A stretch of 64,000 nt of DNA from the IMG/VR virus record IMGVR_UViG_3300049215_000223, positions 32,001-96,000 of that record. One strand, 5' to 3'. The DNA comes from a virus. The notes under the pieces were generated by a model. That model had not been told where the DNA came from. It was given only the letters and a program-made list of their open reading frames with translations, and did no database searches. Positions 1 to 8,303 of this stretch are shown in pieces. Within the stretch, counting starts at the first letter, position 1, and each line of letters opens with the position of its first letter. The position numbers and the translations under genes were made by a program.

Positions 1-14
1 TGAGCGAATGCACA

Positions 15-30
15 TGGCATACTTATTGCT
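15..30 (+). promoter_or_regulatory. sigma54-type -24/-12 box (single)
   Basis: TGGCATACTTATTGCT: GG-N10-GC spacing, close to consensus TGGCACG-N4-TTGCW. Confidence 0.55.
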
Positions 31-167
31 CACGTAGTCCGCGCATGAGTACATGCACCTTGGATACCGCAACAATTGCACGACAACCGTTTTACCGTAT
101 CGCCGCGACTGACAACCTACCTTTCATACCGTTTGGCGATGGGACATTCATCCAGCTGCAATTGACT

Positions 168-202
168 TGGCTCGAACATTGCACATTGCAAAACCAATGC
201 CA
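168..202. promoter_or_regulatory. Face-to-face sigma54 double box, copy 1
   Basis: TGGCTCGAACATTGCA-CAT-TGCAAAACCAATGCCA; + box 168-183, - box 187-202 (TGGCATTGGTTTTGCA), both GG-N10-GC. Confidence 0.65.
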
Positions 203-219
203 ACCAAAAAGCAGAACGC

Positions 220-251
220 AAAAAAGCCCGACACCCTTTCGGGCATCGGGC
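220..251 (-). terminator. Rho-independent terminator of ORF 273-1055
   Basis: Minus strand GCCCGATGCCC-GAAA-GGGTGTCGGGC followed by a T-run, 21 nt after the stop codon. Confidence 0.85.
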
Positions 252-272
252 TCTTTCTGCTGCGGCTGGAAA

Positions 273-1055
273 TCAGCTTTCCAGTGCGGCGCGAATCTCG
301 GCGAGGCGATCTTCTTCGAGCTTGATCGTCTGCGCGTAGGTCAGCGCTTGCGTCGCACTGAGCACCGCGAAGCACTCCGCTGCTGGCATGGCGAGCGCTT
401 GATCGAGCAAGCGCATCTCGTTTTCGCTGAGCGCTTCCCTCGCCGCTTCGCGAGTCTCGCAGATCGTATCAGCCGCGAGACGTTCGCGAGCGATCAGATC
501 GCGCATCCGTCGCGCCTCGTAATCGGGCATTCCTGCGACGTAACCCTTACCCGTGGCGCGACGTTCGACCGTTTGGACGGGGCGAGGGTCGAGCGCACGG
601 ATCGCTGTCATGTTGGCGCGCAATTCTTGCGCCCCGAACGTGAGGACGTTGTGCTCGTGAACGTTGCCCGAATCATCTACGACGCGCGGACCTTGCGCAT
701 CGTAGCCAGTGAACGCGGCGATGGCACGGATCTTGTCGTTCAGGATCTCCTTGTCCAGCGTGAACGGAATTCCGTTCTCGGTGTAACGAGTGCCAGCGGC
801 GCGCATGGCGAGCACGAAACCCTTGGCATCGATCGTGCCTTTCGGCTCGACGGGAAAGGCGAGACGCGGGGCGGCGAGCTCGATGGGTGCGCTCTCTTCT
901 TTCTTGGCACGGAGCTTGCGCATCGTGGGTTTCACGACGGGCGACGCAGGGCGGTCGATCGCCTCGACGATGGCATGGCTCTTGCTATCGTCCGTGACGG
1001 GCGAGGCGTAGGACGCGGCGAGGGAAGCGAGAAACGTTGCGGTCAGATCAGTCAT
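273..1055 (-). CDS. Hypothetical protein, GC-rich, Ala-rich with predicted C-terminal helices
   Basis: 260 aa ORF with GGAGG SD before the ATG, a sigma54 box upstream (1139-1154) and a terminator downstream. Confidence 0.75.
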   Translation of the reverse strand: MTDLTATFLASLAASYASPVTDDSKSHAIVEAIDRPASPVVKPTMRKLRAKKEESAPIELAAPRLAFPVEPKGTIDAKGFVLAMRAAGTRYTENGIPFTLDKEILNDKIRAIAAFTGYDAQGPRVVDDSGNVHEHNVLTFGAQELRANMTAIRALDPRPVQTVERRATGKGYVAGMPDYEARRMRDLIARERLAADTICETREAAREALSENEMRLLDQALAMPAAECFAVLSATQALTYAQTIKLEEDRLAEIRAALES

Positions 1056-1119
1056 GGCGGGAACCTCCTAACCCTAGGTGCTAGCCGTTTGGCGATGGGG
1101 CGACCGCCCTGTTTTGCCT

Positions 1120-1154
1120 TGGCTCGGGCTTTGCATAGTGCAAAAGGTATGCCA
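1120..1154. promoter_or_regulatory. Face-to-face sigma54 double box, copy 2 (the - box would drive ORF 273-1055)
   Basis: TGGCTCGGGCTTTGCA-TAG-TGCAAAAGGTATGCCA. Confidence 0.7.
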
Positions 1155-1199
1155 AAGTAGGGAAAACTCCCACCATGTAGGCAAAACTCTTATCCTTCG

Positions 1200-1234
1200 T
1201 GGTACCGACCTTGCTTATTGCAAAAACAATACCA
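1200..1234. promoter_or_regulatory. Face-to-face sigma54 double box, copy 3
   Basis: TGGTACCGACCTTGCT-TAT-TGCAAAAACAATACCA. Confidence 0.6.
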
Positions 1235-1310
1235 ATGATCAATAAGAAAAGAAAAAACTATTATGTTATCATTGTAAAAGAATAATTACTATCTAATTGT
1301 AATTGATCGA

Positions 1311-1345
1311 TGGTATGATCATTGCTTAGAGCAATAACAGTGCCA
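1311..1345. promoter_or_regulatory. Face-to-face sigma54 double box, copy 4
   Basis: TGGTATGATCATTGCT-TAG-AGCAATAACAGTGCCA. Confidence 0.65.
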
Positions 1346-1389
1346 CCCCCAATTCCACAGCCAGAGTAAACCTGGGGGATGACCGGCAT

Positions 1390-1405
1390 TGGCACGCTTC
1401 TTGCC
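1390..1405 (+). promoter_or_regulatory. sigma54-type -24/-12 box (single, consensus match)
   Basis: TGGCACG-CTTC-TTGC. Confidence 0.65.
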
Positions 1406-1612
1406 TCCCAAACGGGGGTCTAACTGCCAATTGAACCACCAAACTAGATACAAACAGATACAAACTAACCCCAAACAAACATAATTACCATATCTGTATC
1501 GCCATTACCATATAAAACCATACAAATATCGTCACATATGGTCATTTTACAATTCCATATTCCTTAAAGCATCTTATCACATTATAAACAATATAATATC
1601 AACCATACATGA

Positions 1613-1667
1613 ACATATATGACCATATGTTGCCATACATATATGACCATATGTTGCCATACATATA
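1613..1667. repeat. 24-bp tandem direct repeat, about 2.3 copies
   Basis: ACATATATGACCATATGTTGCCAT at 1613-1636 and 1637-1660, with a partial third copy. Confidence 0.9.
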
Positions 1668-1966
1668 GTATCACATATAGTCATTCAATAGATTAGGGTA
1701 GCCAGTCAACACCAGGCGAGGATAACCTACCTGACACCCAATTGCTGGCACGAGAATCAATTTAAAACTATCTTCCCACCCCAAACAACCCCATGACGCC
1801 AGAAGAGAGACCAAGAGTCTTATAAATAGATTTAAGGGCAAAGCTCATCCATAAATATTAATGAGTAAAATGCAAATAGATCAAAAGGTTCTGGGGTTAA
1901 TAAGGCATTTTTCTTTTAACCTTCTCACACGCAAGCCACCTGCAGGGTTAGAAGATCGGAATTTAC

Positions 1967-2743
1967 ATGAAGAACGCTTCAAGATTGCTCGCTCTTTTCA
2001 CATTGGCATTAGTAATAACCTCATGCGGAGGGATGATAACCAACAGGCAACCCAGTTCATTAGTAAGGCACATGGGAAGTAGTACGGTAGCATTAGTATT
2101 CCAGGTAGAGGGAGAATACAGACCATTTTGCACAGGTGTATGGGTAGAAGACAAGAAGATACTAACAGCCAATCACTGTATTAATGCGGTAGCCAAGGCG
2201 ATAGCTCAGAAGGAATCAGGCGATGAGGAAGCGCTTGTACCAGACGATACGGTAGGCACACCAATTCATTATATTTTAGAGAACGAAGTCCAAGCGGTAG
2301 GACAAGAGCCATATGCCATTCACTTAGGCAAAGCGGTCAAGGTAGATGAGGATCATGACTTAGCATTAGTGGAAGCATTAGGACCGGTACCATCGCATGA
2401 CGTAGCGAAGTTAGTAAGTACCTCACCAGCGATTGGAGAGAAGCTACATTTTGTGGGACATGTTAGAGGTTTGTATTGGACATATGTTGATGGAATAGTT
2501 GCAGCATATCGTGAGGATTTGGTACATAAGGGACCAATCATGCAAGTATCAGCACCAGTTTACTTTGGTAATTCTGGAGGCGGAGCCTTTACAGAAAGTG
2601 GCGAGTTATGTGGCATTGCATCTTATTTGATGCCAGCACCAATTACAGCGGGATACATTCACGCAGAGAGCATTCGCAAGTTTTTAATGCCATCGGACGA
2701 TGTTAAGGCACCATTCCGTGGCAAGATCATCAACAAGGAGTGA
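1967..2743 (+). CDS. Trypsin-like (S1) serine protease, lipoprotein
   Basis: Lipobox LVITSC; catalytic triad motifs ILTANHC, DHDLAL, GNSGGG. Confidence 0.9.
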   Translation: MKNASRLLALFTLALVITSCGGMITNRQPSSLVRHMGSSTVALVFQVEGEYRPFCTGVWVEDKKILTANHCINAVAKAIAQKESGDEEALVPDDTVGTPIHYILENEVQAVGQEPYAIHLGKAVKVDEDHDLALVEALGPVPSHDVAKLVSTSPAIGEKLHFVGHVRGLYWTYVDGIVAAYREDLVHKGPIMQVSAPVYFGNSGGGAFTESGELCGIASYLMPAPITAGYIHAESIRKFLMPSDDVKAPFRGKIINKE

Positions 2744-2747
2744 AAGT

Positions 2748-3383
2748 ATGTTTAAACGCTTTTGCTTATTCGTTATGGTTATCATTCTTAGTTTAGTTGG
2801 AGTAGATTGTGGACCGCCACCGGTTCGCCCATTTGCTTATACGCATCACGGACATGCAGCTTATGCACCCATTAAGATCATTCCAATATGGATTGACAAG
2901 GAATTTAGTGAGGGAGATAAGCTAGCGATAGACGATGCGATTAACCAATGGAATTTTGCATTGAACAACTACATAGTGTTGAGGGTAGTGAACGACAACT
3001 TTGATATGGAGCCGAGTGTAATTAATCGGGTTATGTTAAAGGGCGAGGGATGGTTGATACTCAAGATTAACAGTGGCAGTGAGTTTGTGCATGATGAAGG
3101 GTGTATGTTGACACTTGCCTTTGTGAACGAGATAGGTGGAAACAGGGCATACTTTATTAGGGACAGGCTTGGGAGTGATCAGATGATAGGGGTAGCGATG
3201 CATGAGATTGGGCATTTGCTAGGTGCAAAGCATGATCATGCTCATTTGATGAGACCTGTATTTAATTGGGCGACTTATCGATGTGTAGATGAGGAAGCTA
3301 TCAAGAAGGTAGCGGCATATCAGCATTTAGAGTTCAAGTACATGAATTACTGTGAATATGGACCAGAGCTTCAGGACAAGTGA
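2748..3383 (+). CDS. Matrixin/M10-like zinc metalloprotease, secreted
   Basis: Signal peptide from ATG 2748; HEIGHLLGAKH (HExxHxxGxxH) and Met-turn HLMRP. Confidence 0.88.
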   Translation: MFKRFCLFVMVIILSLVGVDCGPPPVRPFAYTHHGHAAYAPIKIIPIWIDKEFSEGDKLAIDDAINQWNFALNNYIVLRVVNDNFDMEPSVINRVMLKGEGWLILKINSGSEFVHDEGCMLTLAFVNEIGGNRAYFIRDRLGSDQMIGVAMHEIGHLLGAKHDHAHLMRPVFNWATYRCVDEEAIKKVAAYQHLEFKYMNYCEYGPELQDK

Positions 3384-3384
3384 T

Positions 3385-3634
3385 TTAGGAGAACAAAGAA
3401 TAGGAGAGGAACTTATCTTTGACGTTCATTGGATTGATATTATTAGGACTCATCGGCTTCGATGAGAGTTTTATTTTCCACTGTATCTAGGGCGATGGCA
3501 TAGCTATTTTCAAGGAAGATATCTCGCCATCTAGAATAGATTTGAACTCTAGTAACGCCTGGATGTTTGGCATTGGAGCAGGTAGAACAATAGCCAATGT
3601 TTACTAGGGTATTTTGGCAGAATGGGCAGATCAT
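3385..3634 (-). pseudogene. Frameshifted member of the FS-tag Zn-ribbon family
   Basis: CPFC..CSTC start; a second frame reads SPNNINPMNVKDKFLSYSLFS-TAA(3385); span 250 nt is not a multiple of 3. Confidence 0.75.
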
Positions 3635-3984
3635 GAGAAGGTTAGGATGGTTGCTAGTTTTTGCTCGGCATTTTGGGGAGTGACATTTTGGATGAGATAA
3701 GGGATGTCAAGGATTTTTTTAGCGAAGAACCAGGTTAGTTTTGAGTTATTAGTTTCTGGATTTTTGGTACGAAAGATGATGGTACGATTGCCAGTGAGCC
3801 GCAGATTGAGTTCATACTCGAAGTCTTCCTTTTGGATTTTGAATACAATCTCTTGGAGGTCTTTGTCATGGTAGAATCTAGCTTTGCAAGGTTCGCAATT
3901 CCACCAAGGGGACATGACAGTAGAACAGGCTCCATGGCAGAAGGGACAATAGAATTGGGGCGTTTTGAAGATATTGGGGTCCAT
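3631..3984 (-). CDS. FS-tag Zn-ribbon family protein
   Basis: CPFC..CEPC; ends NAEQKLATILTFS. Confidence 0.85.
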   Translation of the reverse strand: MDPNIFKTPQFYCPFCHGACSTVMSPWWNCEPCKARFYHDKDLQEIVFKIQKEDFEYELNLRLTGNRTIIFRTKNPETNNSKLTWFFAKKILDIPYLIQNVTPQNAEQKLATILTFS

Positions 3985-4030
3985 GAGGGAGGGTCCGGGC
4001 GAGATCGGAAATTTATGTCGCGTAAATTTA

Positions 4031-4369
4031 TTAAATAAAGGTTCTTAGTTTATAGAATCTATCTGCCCAATCCTTGGCGTTATTTGGATTGATATTTGGA
4101 AGATAGTCTAAGGAGATGAGATGGTCATCTTTGGATCTAGATTTGTTGAGGATGTAAGAAGCGAAGGTATGTTCTTGGATAGCGAGGCAGAGAAGGATAT
4201 TATATTCTGGAGTTTGGACTTCGAATTGAATTAGCCAAGGTTCGATGCCTTCATTTTCGGATGGATCCTTTTTGAACATATACATTATTCTTGAGACAGG
4301 GCAGGCATCACAGACCCAAATGAGTCTGGTAAGTCTATCTGCTTCACACTGACAATATCTGCATTTCAT
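4031..4369 (-). CDS. FS-tag Zn-ribbon family protein
   Basis: CRYC..CDAC; ends NAKDWADRFYKLRTFI. Confidence 0.85.
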   Translation of the reverse strand: MKCRYCQCEADRLTRLIWVCDACPVSRIMYMFKKDPSENEGIEPWLIQFEVQTPEYNILLCLAIQEHTFASYILNKSRSKDDHLISLDYLPNINPNNAKDWADRFYKLRTFI

Positions 4370-4692
4370 GAGAATACTGCCAGCTTGAGGAGTTTCAATG
4401 CCAATGCTTCAACTTGTTTAAGATTAATTTCGGCTGGCATTTTGTTAACATTCATTATATGACTTCCAGAATTGGAGTATCTTCCGTCATGAAGAGGTCT
4501 GAAATTATCTTTCAATCCACTTAAACTAGTTGTATTCTTTGCTAGATCGATATCAATTTCATATTATTTATCTTTAAGAATCATATAAAAAGTAATACGA
4601 TTAGGTCTAAACCAAACGCGACATGGGGTGCAGTATTGCGTATCGTGGGTACCAGAGGTAATTTTAGAACAGAATTTGCAAAAAGATATCAT
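4366..4692 (-). pseudogene. FS-tag Zn-ribbon family member with one in-frame TAA (absent from ORF track)
   Basis: MISFCKFC..YCTPC..LKDK*YEIDID..ALALKLLKLAVFS; TAA at 4564-4566; ATGA overlaps at both ends. Confidence 0.85.
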
Positions 4693-4958
4693 GAGAATAA
4701 CACGTAGGTTTTAACTTTTTCAATCATATTTTCGGGCGTGAAGTTTGGCAAGGAATCCATCTGGAACAGCAGCTCTCCATTTGTATATATTTCGCACTTT
4801 TGATCTTCAAAGTTAAGATAAACTTCATATTTGCCTGTAGCTAAAACAACGCCATTGAGTTTGTCTTTTTTACCAAACTGATGGACGACCACGACAGAAT
4901 GGTAATCGCAACAATTACTTACTGGAATGGGAGACTGGCAGTAGTAACATTTTTTCAT
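4689..4958 (-). CDS. FS-tag Zn-ribbon family protein
   Basis: CYYC..CCDYH; ends NMIEKVKTYVLFS. Confidence 0.85.
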   Translation of the reverse strand: MKKCYYCQSPIPVSNCCDYHSVVVVHQFGKKDKLNGVVLATGKYEVYLNFEDQKCEIYTNGELLFQMDSLPNFTPENMIEKVKTYVLFS

Positions 4959-5269
4959 GAAAAGGTAACAATAGTTTTAAGTTTGGCGTACAATTTTTCT
5001 GGGGAGTCTAGTTTGAGTTCTTCATTAAGAACTATTGGCATATCTCCAAAATTTTTGGTTTCTTTATTATAATAAAATATATAAGACTTACCATTGTACA
5101 AGTGTAATCTAAAGGGAGGGATGCTACATACTTGTAATTGATTGGTAGTATGTAGAGAATAATGAGATTGCTTGATGAAGGTGTCAGCATCAAAACTAAT
5201 ATGAGTAGGACAGATAAAATCCTCAAGGGCGGCAGGAGTTAGTTCACGTTGGCATAATGGACATTTCAT
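4955..5269 (-). CDS. FS-tag Zn-ribbon family protein
   Basis: CPLC..CPTH; ends KLYAKLKTIVTFS. Confidence 0.85.
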   Translation of the reverse strand: MKCPLCQRELTPAALEDFICPTHISFDADTFIKQSHYSLHTTNQLQVCSIPPFRLHLYNGKSYIFYYNKETKNFGDMPIVLNEELKLDSPEKLYAKLKTIVTFS

Positions 5270-5637
5270 AGGAAGATTAGATAGGTTTTGAGTTTGTGCT
5301 TAGCATTCTCGGGAGTGATTGGAAGGATTTCGTTAGCAATCATTAGAACGTCTACCAGTTTAGCACGGACACGTTGACGTTCAGGAGTATATGGAACTTT
5401 ATAAATCAATAGAGTTTGAGTCGTTTCGAAATCAAATTGAAAATGATAAGTTCCATCCTTAGTAGGATCATTTGTATGAAGGGTGAATTCCACATAAACC
5501 AATTTACCATTATTGTATCTTATAAGCGTGGTACAATGTTTAGTACAAGTTTCACAATACCAAGACTCTGGCTGACGATCCTTAAACATAGGTAAAGGAA
5601 CTGTATGATCAGGGGTTTGGCAGAATGGACAATTCAT
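5266..5637 (-). CDS. FS-tag Zn-ribbon family protein
   Basis: CPFC..CETC; ends NAKHKLKTYLIFL. Confidence 0.85.
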   Translation of the reverse strand: MNCPFCQTPDHTVPLPMFKDRQPESWYCETCTKHCTTLIRYNNGKLVYVEFTLHTNDPTKDGTYHFQFDFETTQTLLIYKVPYTPERQRVRAKLVDVLMIANEILPITPENAKHKLKTYLIFL

Positions 5638-5935
5638 GAAAAAGTTAGTAGAGTTGGAAGTTTCTTTTCAAAGTTTTGGGGTGATACTCTAGCTCTAAAA
5701 TGATATTATTAATTTTGACATCAGTACTATTGGTAGTTAGTCTAAAGAAAGGCTGATCAAAATAGAAGAAAGAAGCAGTATAGTTCTTATAGTAAAATGA
5801 ATAAGAAGCTATATCATTCATCACTATAGAGAACCAATAGTTAACATTATACTTGGAACAGTGATATCGTATGTATGCTCCATCATTGGTACTGAACATT
5901 TCAGTAATCATTCTTACACAGAAATAGCACTTCAT
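5634..5935 (-). pseudogene. Frameshifted member of the FS-tag Zn-ribbon family
   Basis: CYFC start; frame stops at 5645, but an alternate frame gives PQNFEKKLPTLLTFS-TGA overlapping the next ATG. Confidence 0.8.
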
Positions 5936-6270
5936 GCGAATGTTAACAAGGTTTGGAGTTTTTCTTTTACATTTTGCGGATTGACTCCCTGGATTAGTTC
6001 TGAGATTTCCAAGATAGGAGGCTTATACATGTCGAGCCCATTGAAGAGTCCAGTCTCACTATGTAATGCTCTGACTCTAGTTTTATTTTGGGTAAACAGT
6101 AGTTCTATAATATACATGGTGTTGGGTTTTCTGACAGAGAACGACATAGCCTCTAGTGATTCGGGACCTTCTTTAAACTCGACGCAGCATACGGCACATC
6201 TCCACCAATCACCAGGTTGGATGGTTATTTTAATACAGCGCCCGGAGCAGAAATAGCAATAGTAGTTCAT
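5932..6270 (-). CDS. FS-tag Zn-ribbon family protein
   Basis: CYFC..CAVC; ends NVKEKLQTLLTFA. Confidence 0.85.
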   Translation of the reverse strand: MNYYCYFCSGRCIKITIQPGDWWRCAVCCVEFKEGPESLEAMSFSVRKPNTMYIIELLFTQNKTRVRALHSETGLFNGLDMYKPPILEISELIQGVNPQNVKEKLQTLLTFA

Positions 6271-6629
6271 GAAAATGTAATTATTGTTTTGATTCTTTTA
6301 GGAGAGATTAATGTGGAAGTAAGATTATCAAACTGTTGCAGTGGCATATCATAAATCTTGCTATACCCCGAGGCGTCTCGTCTTTCCAACCAAACAGCTG
6401 TATAGTCCATTTCGAAAAAAGAAGTTAACGAAATTATTCTATCATCATAGAAATATGCAACTTCAGCATAAGACATTCCTGTTTTAGGACGAAACTCAAA
6501 CCAAGACTCAGGAATTGAATGTTCTCTAAGTTTACTAACTATTTCTTTATTACAGTAGTATATTTGTTTCTGAGCATCTGAATGATGAAGTTGTAATATA
6601 CTTTGACAGATGGGGCACTTATAACTCAT
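6267..6629 (-). CDS. FS-tag Zn-ribbon family protein
   Basis: CPIC..YCN; ends PKRIKTIITFS. Confidence 0.85.
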   Translation of the reverse strand: MSYKCPICQSILQLHHSDAQKQIYYCNKEIVSKLREHSIPESWFEFRPKTGMSYAEVAYFYDDRIISLTSFFEMDYTAVWLERRDASGYSKIYDMPLQQFDNLTSTLISPKRIKTIITFS

Positions 6630-6943
6630 AGGAATGTTAGGATAGTTGTGATTTTAGATTCAATATTTTTAGGATTAATATTGGGGGCTGGATTAAAATG
6701 ATGGATGTTCTGACCCTTTTCATCTATCAAATCAGCTTTATCAGCTTCGGGGAAAATATGAAGTATATATTTTTTACCTCTAATAAGAGTCCACAGTTCA
6801 ATAGTATATGCTGTAATTTGTCTATTAACACGAAATGTAGATCGGCAAGACGTACAACCCCAATATATATTATTACCTGACATTTTACCTATTTGGCATC
6901 GGCGCTTACAAAAATAACAAATATAAAATAATGATTCGCTCAT
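6626..6943 (-). CDS. FS-tag Zn-ribbon family protein
   Basis: CYFC..CTSC; ends NIESKITTILTFL. Confidence 0.85.
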   Translation of the reverse strand: MSESLFYICYFCKRRCQIGKMSGNNIYWGCTSCRSTFRVNRQITAYTIELWTLIRGKKYILHIFPEADKADLIDEKGQNIHHFNPAPNINPKNIESKITTILTFL

Positions 6944-7251
6944 AGGAAAGTTAAGTACAGTTTAATTTTTTCTTCTACATTGCTTGGAGTAATATTGGGT
7001 GGAATAAATGGAAGACGAACAACCGAATCATGAATATATCCGGGACCACATATTTCAGAGCATTTATACTCTAAGTCTATAACAAAAGAATATCCAGGCT
7101 GATTGCCTTTCTTACCAAGTTTACAATCCATGAATACCCATTTAATAACATCCTGTTCAAGTTGGTATTCTACATTGCAATCGAAGCATTTACGACGAAT
7201 AGCGGAGCCGTAAAACTGTGGGAGCATGTTATTGCAATATAAGCAGTTCAT
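6940..7251 (-). CDS. FS-tag Zn-ribbon family protein
   Basis: CLYC..CFDC; ends NVEEKIKLYLTFL. Confidence 0.85.
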   Translation of the reverse strand: MNCLYCNNMLPQFYGSAIRRKCFDCNVEYQLEQDVIKWVFMDCKLGKKGNQPGYSFVIDLEYKCSEICGPGYIHDSVVRLPFIPPNITPSNVEEKIKLYLTFL

Positions 7252-7607
7252 AGGAAATAAGCTAGTGTTTGTAGCTTCCTATCTAAATCTTCTAAATTAA
7301 AAATATCTATTTTCTTAGTTGGCAGTTTAATGAGTGTGGAAGCAACGCCGCCATAGCGCTTTAATATTTGTCTGGAATAGATATGAGCTTCGTTAGGGAA
7401 CGAGGAATTTTGGAAGTAAGTGTATACATTAAAATTTTTAGTAGAGAACCGCAAATAACTTAATTCTGGCTCATCAAAAGCATCCTTGAAATACTGCGAG
7501 TATTCAGTTGCACAATACCCACTACAATATTCATAATACAATCTGCCCTGCAAAGGTGGACGATGGATAGCTCCATTACAATAGGGGCAATGAATAAATG
7601 GTTTCAT
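7248..7607 (-). CDS. FS-tag Zn-ribbon family protein
   Basis: CPYC..CSGYC; ends DLDRKLQTLAYFL. Confidence 0.85.
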   Translation of the reverse strand: MKPFIHCPYCNGAIHRPPLQGRLYYEYCSGYCATEYSQYFKDAFDEPELSYLRFSTKNFNVYTYFQNSSFPNEAHIYSRQILKRYGGVASTLIKLPTKKIDIFNLEDLDRKLQTLAYFL

Positions 7608-7972
7608 GAGAACGTTAGATAGACAGGTAATTTAGACTCTACATTTTCTGGTGTAATATCGGGGTGAAAGTCTAAGGTAAAAATAGTTTCGCTGGGTTTC
7701 CTATTATCGAATGGAATCTTAGCGATGGAAAATTTGGGGTGAGTTGGATCTAACTTGCCGTGGTAGAAGTTGACACGGTAATTTGTTTCTTTGAAGCGGC
7801 AGATCAAAGATGTCCATGTATAGCTAGTAACATCGCCAAGAGCCATCGCAATAAATTGTACCCTTACTGAACCATGATAATCGCACTGATAGGCAGGAAA
7901 ATTCATTCTTCCCCCAGGTCTATCGTTGGTTGCAGTTTTACGACACTCAGTTTGGCAATATGTACATTTCAT
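7604..7972 (-). CDS. FS-tag Zn-ribbon family protein
   Basis: CTYC..CDYH; ends NVESKLPVYLTFS. Confidence 0.85.
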   Translation of the reverse strand: MKCTYCQTECRKTATNDRPGGRMNFPAYQCDYHGSVRVQFIAMALGDVTSYTWTSLICRFKETNYRVNFYHGKLDPTHPKFSIAKIPFDNRKPSETIFTLDFHPDITPENVESKLPVYLTFS

Positions 7973-7973
7973 G

Positions 7974-8303
7974 TTAGCTAAATATTAGATAGGTTTTAAT
8001 TTTGTTTTCTATATTTTGAGGAGTGATATGATCTGGTATAAAATTTAGTGAGAAGATTAAATCTCCAAACCACATAGACATAAAATCATCTCTTATCCAT
8101 TCTAGGATTTCAAACTTATTACTTACAATATGTAATCTGGCATCGTAATCTTTATTATTAATAGTTCTTCTAAATAGAATTAAATCATAAACATTATCTT
8201 TCTTTCGAAAGTAACAATTACAAGATTGGCACGTCCAATGTTCTTCCTGAGAAATATTCCACTCATACTGTGTACAAGATGTATTACAATAACTACAGAT
8301 CAT
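7974..8303 (-). CDS. FS-tag Zn-ribbon family protein
   Basis: CSYC..CQSC; ends NIENKIKTYLIFS. Confidence 0.85.
   Translation of the reverse strand: MICSYCNTSCTQYEWNISQEEHWTCQSCNCYFRKKDNVYDLILFRRTINNKDYDARLHIVSNKFEILEWIRDDFMSMWFGDLIFSLNFIPDHITPQNIENKIKTYLIFS

Noticed and set aside
45-1160. 371-aa + strand ORF
   Set aside because: Antisense shadow of the GC-rich gene 273-1055, which has the SD, promoter and terminator support
1613-1667. CRISPR-like repeats
   Set aside because: Copies are directly adjacent with no spacers; only about 2.3 units
1746-1761. TGGCACG as another sigma54 promoter
   Set aside because: The -24 element is perfect but there is no TTGC/GC at the -12 position
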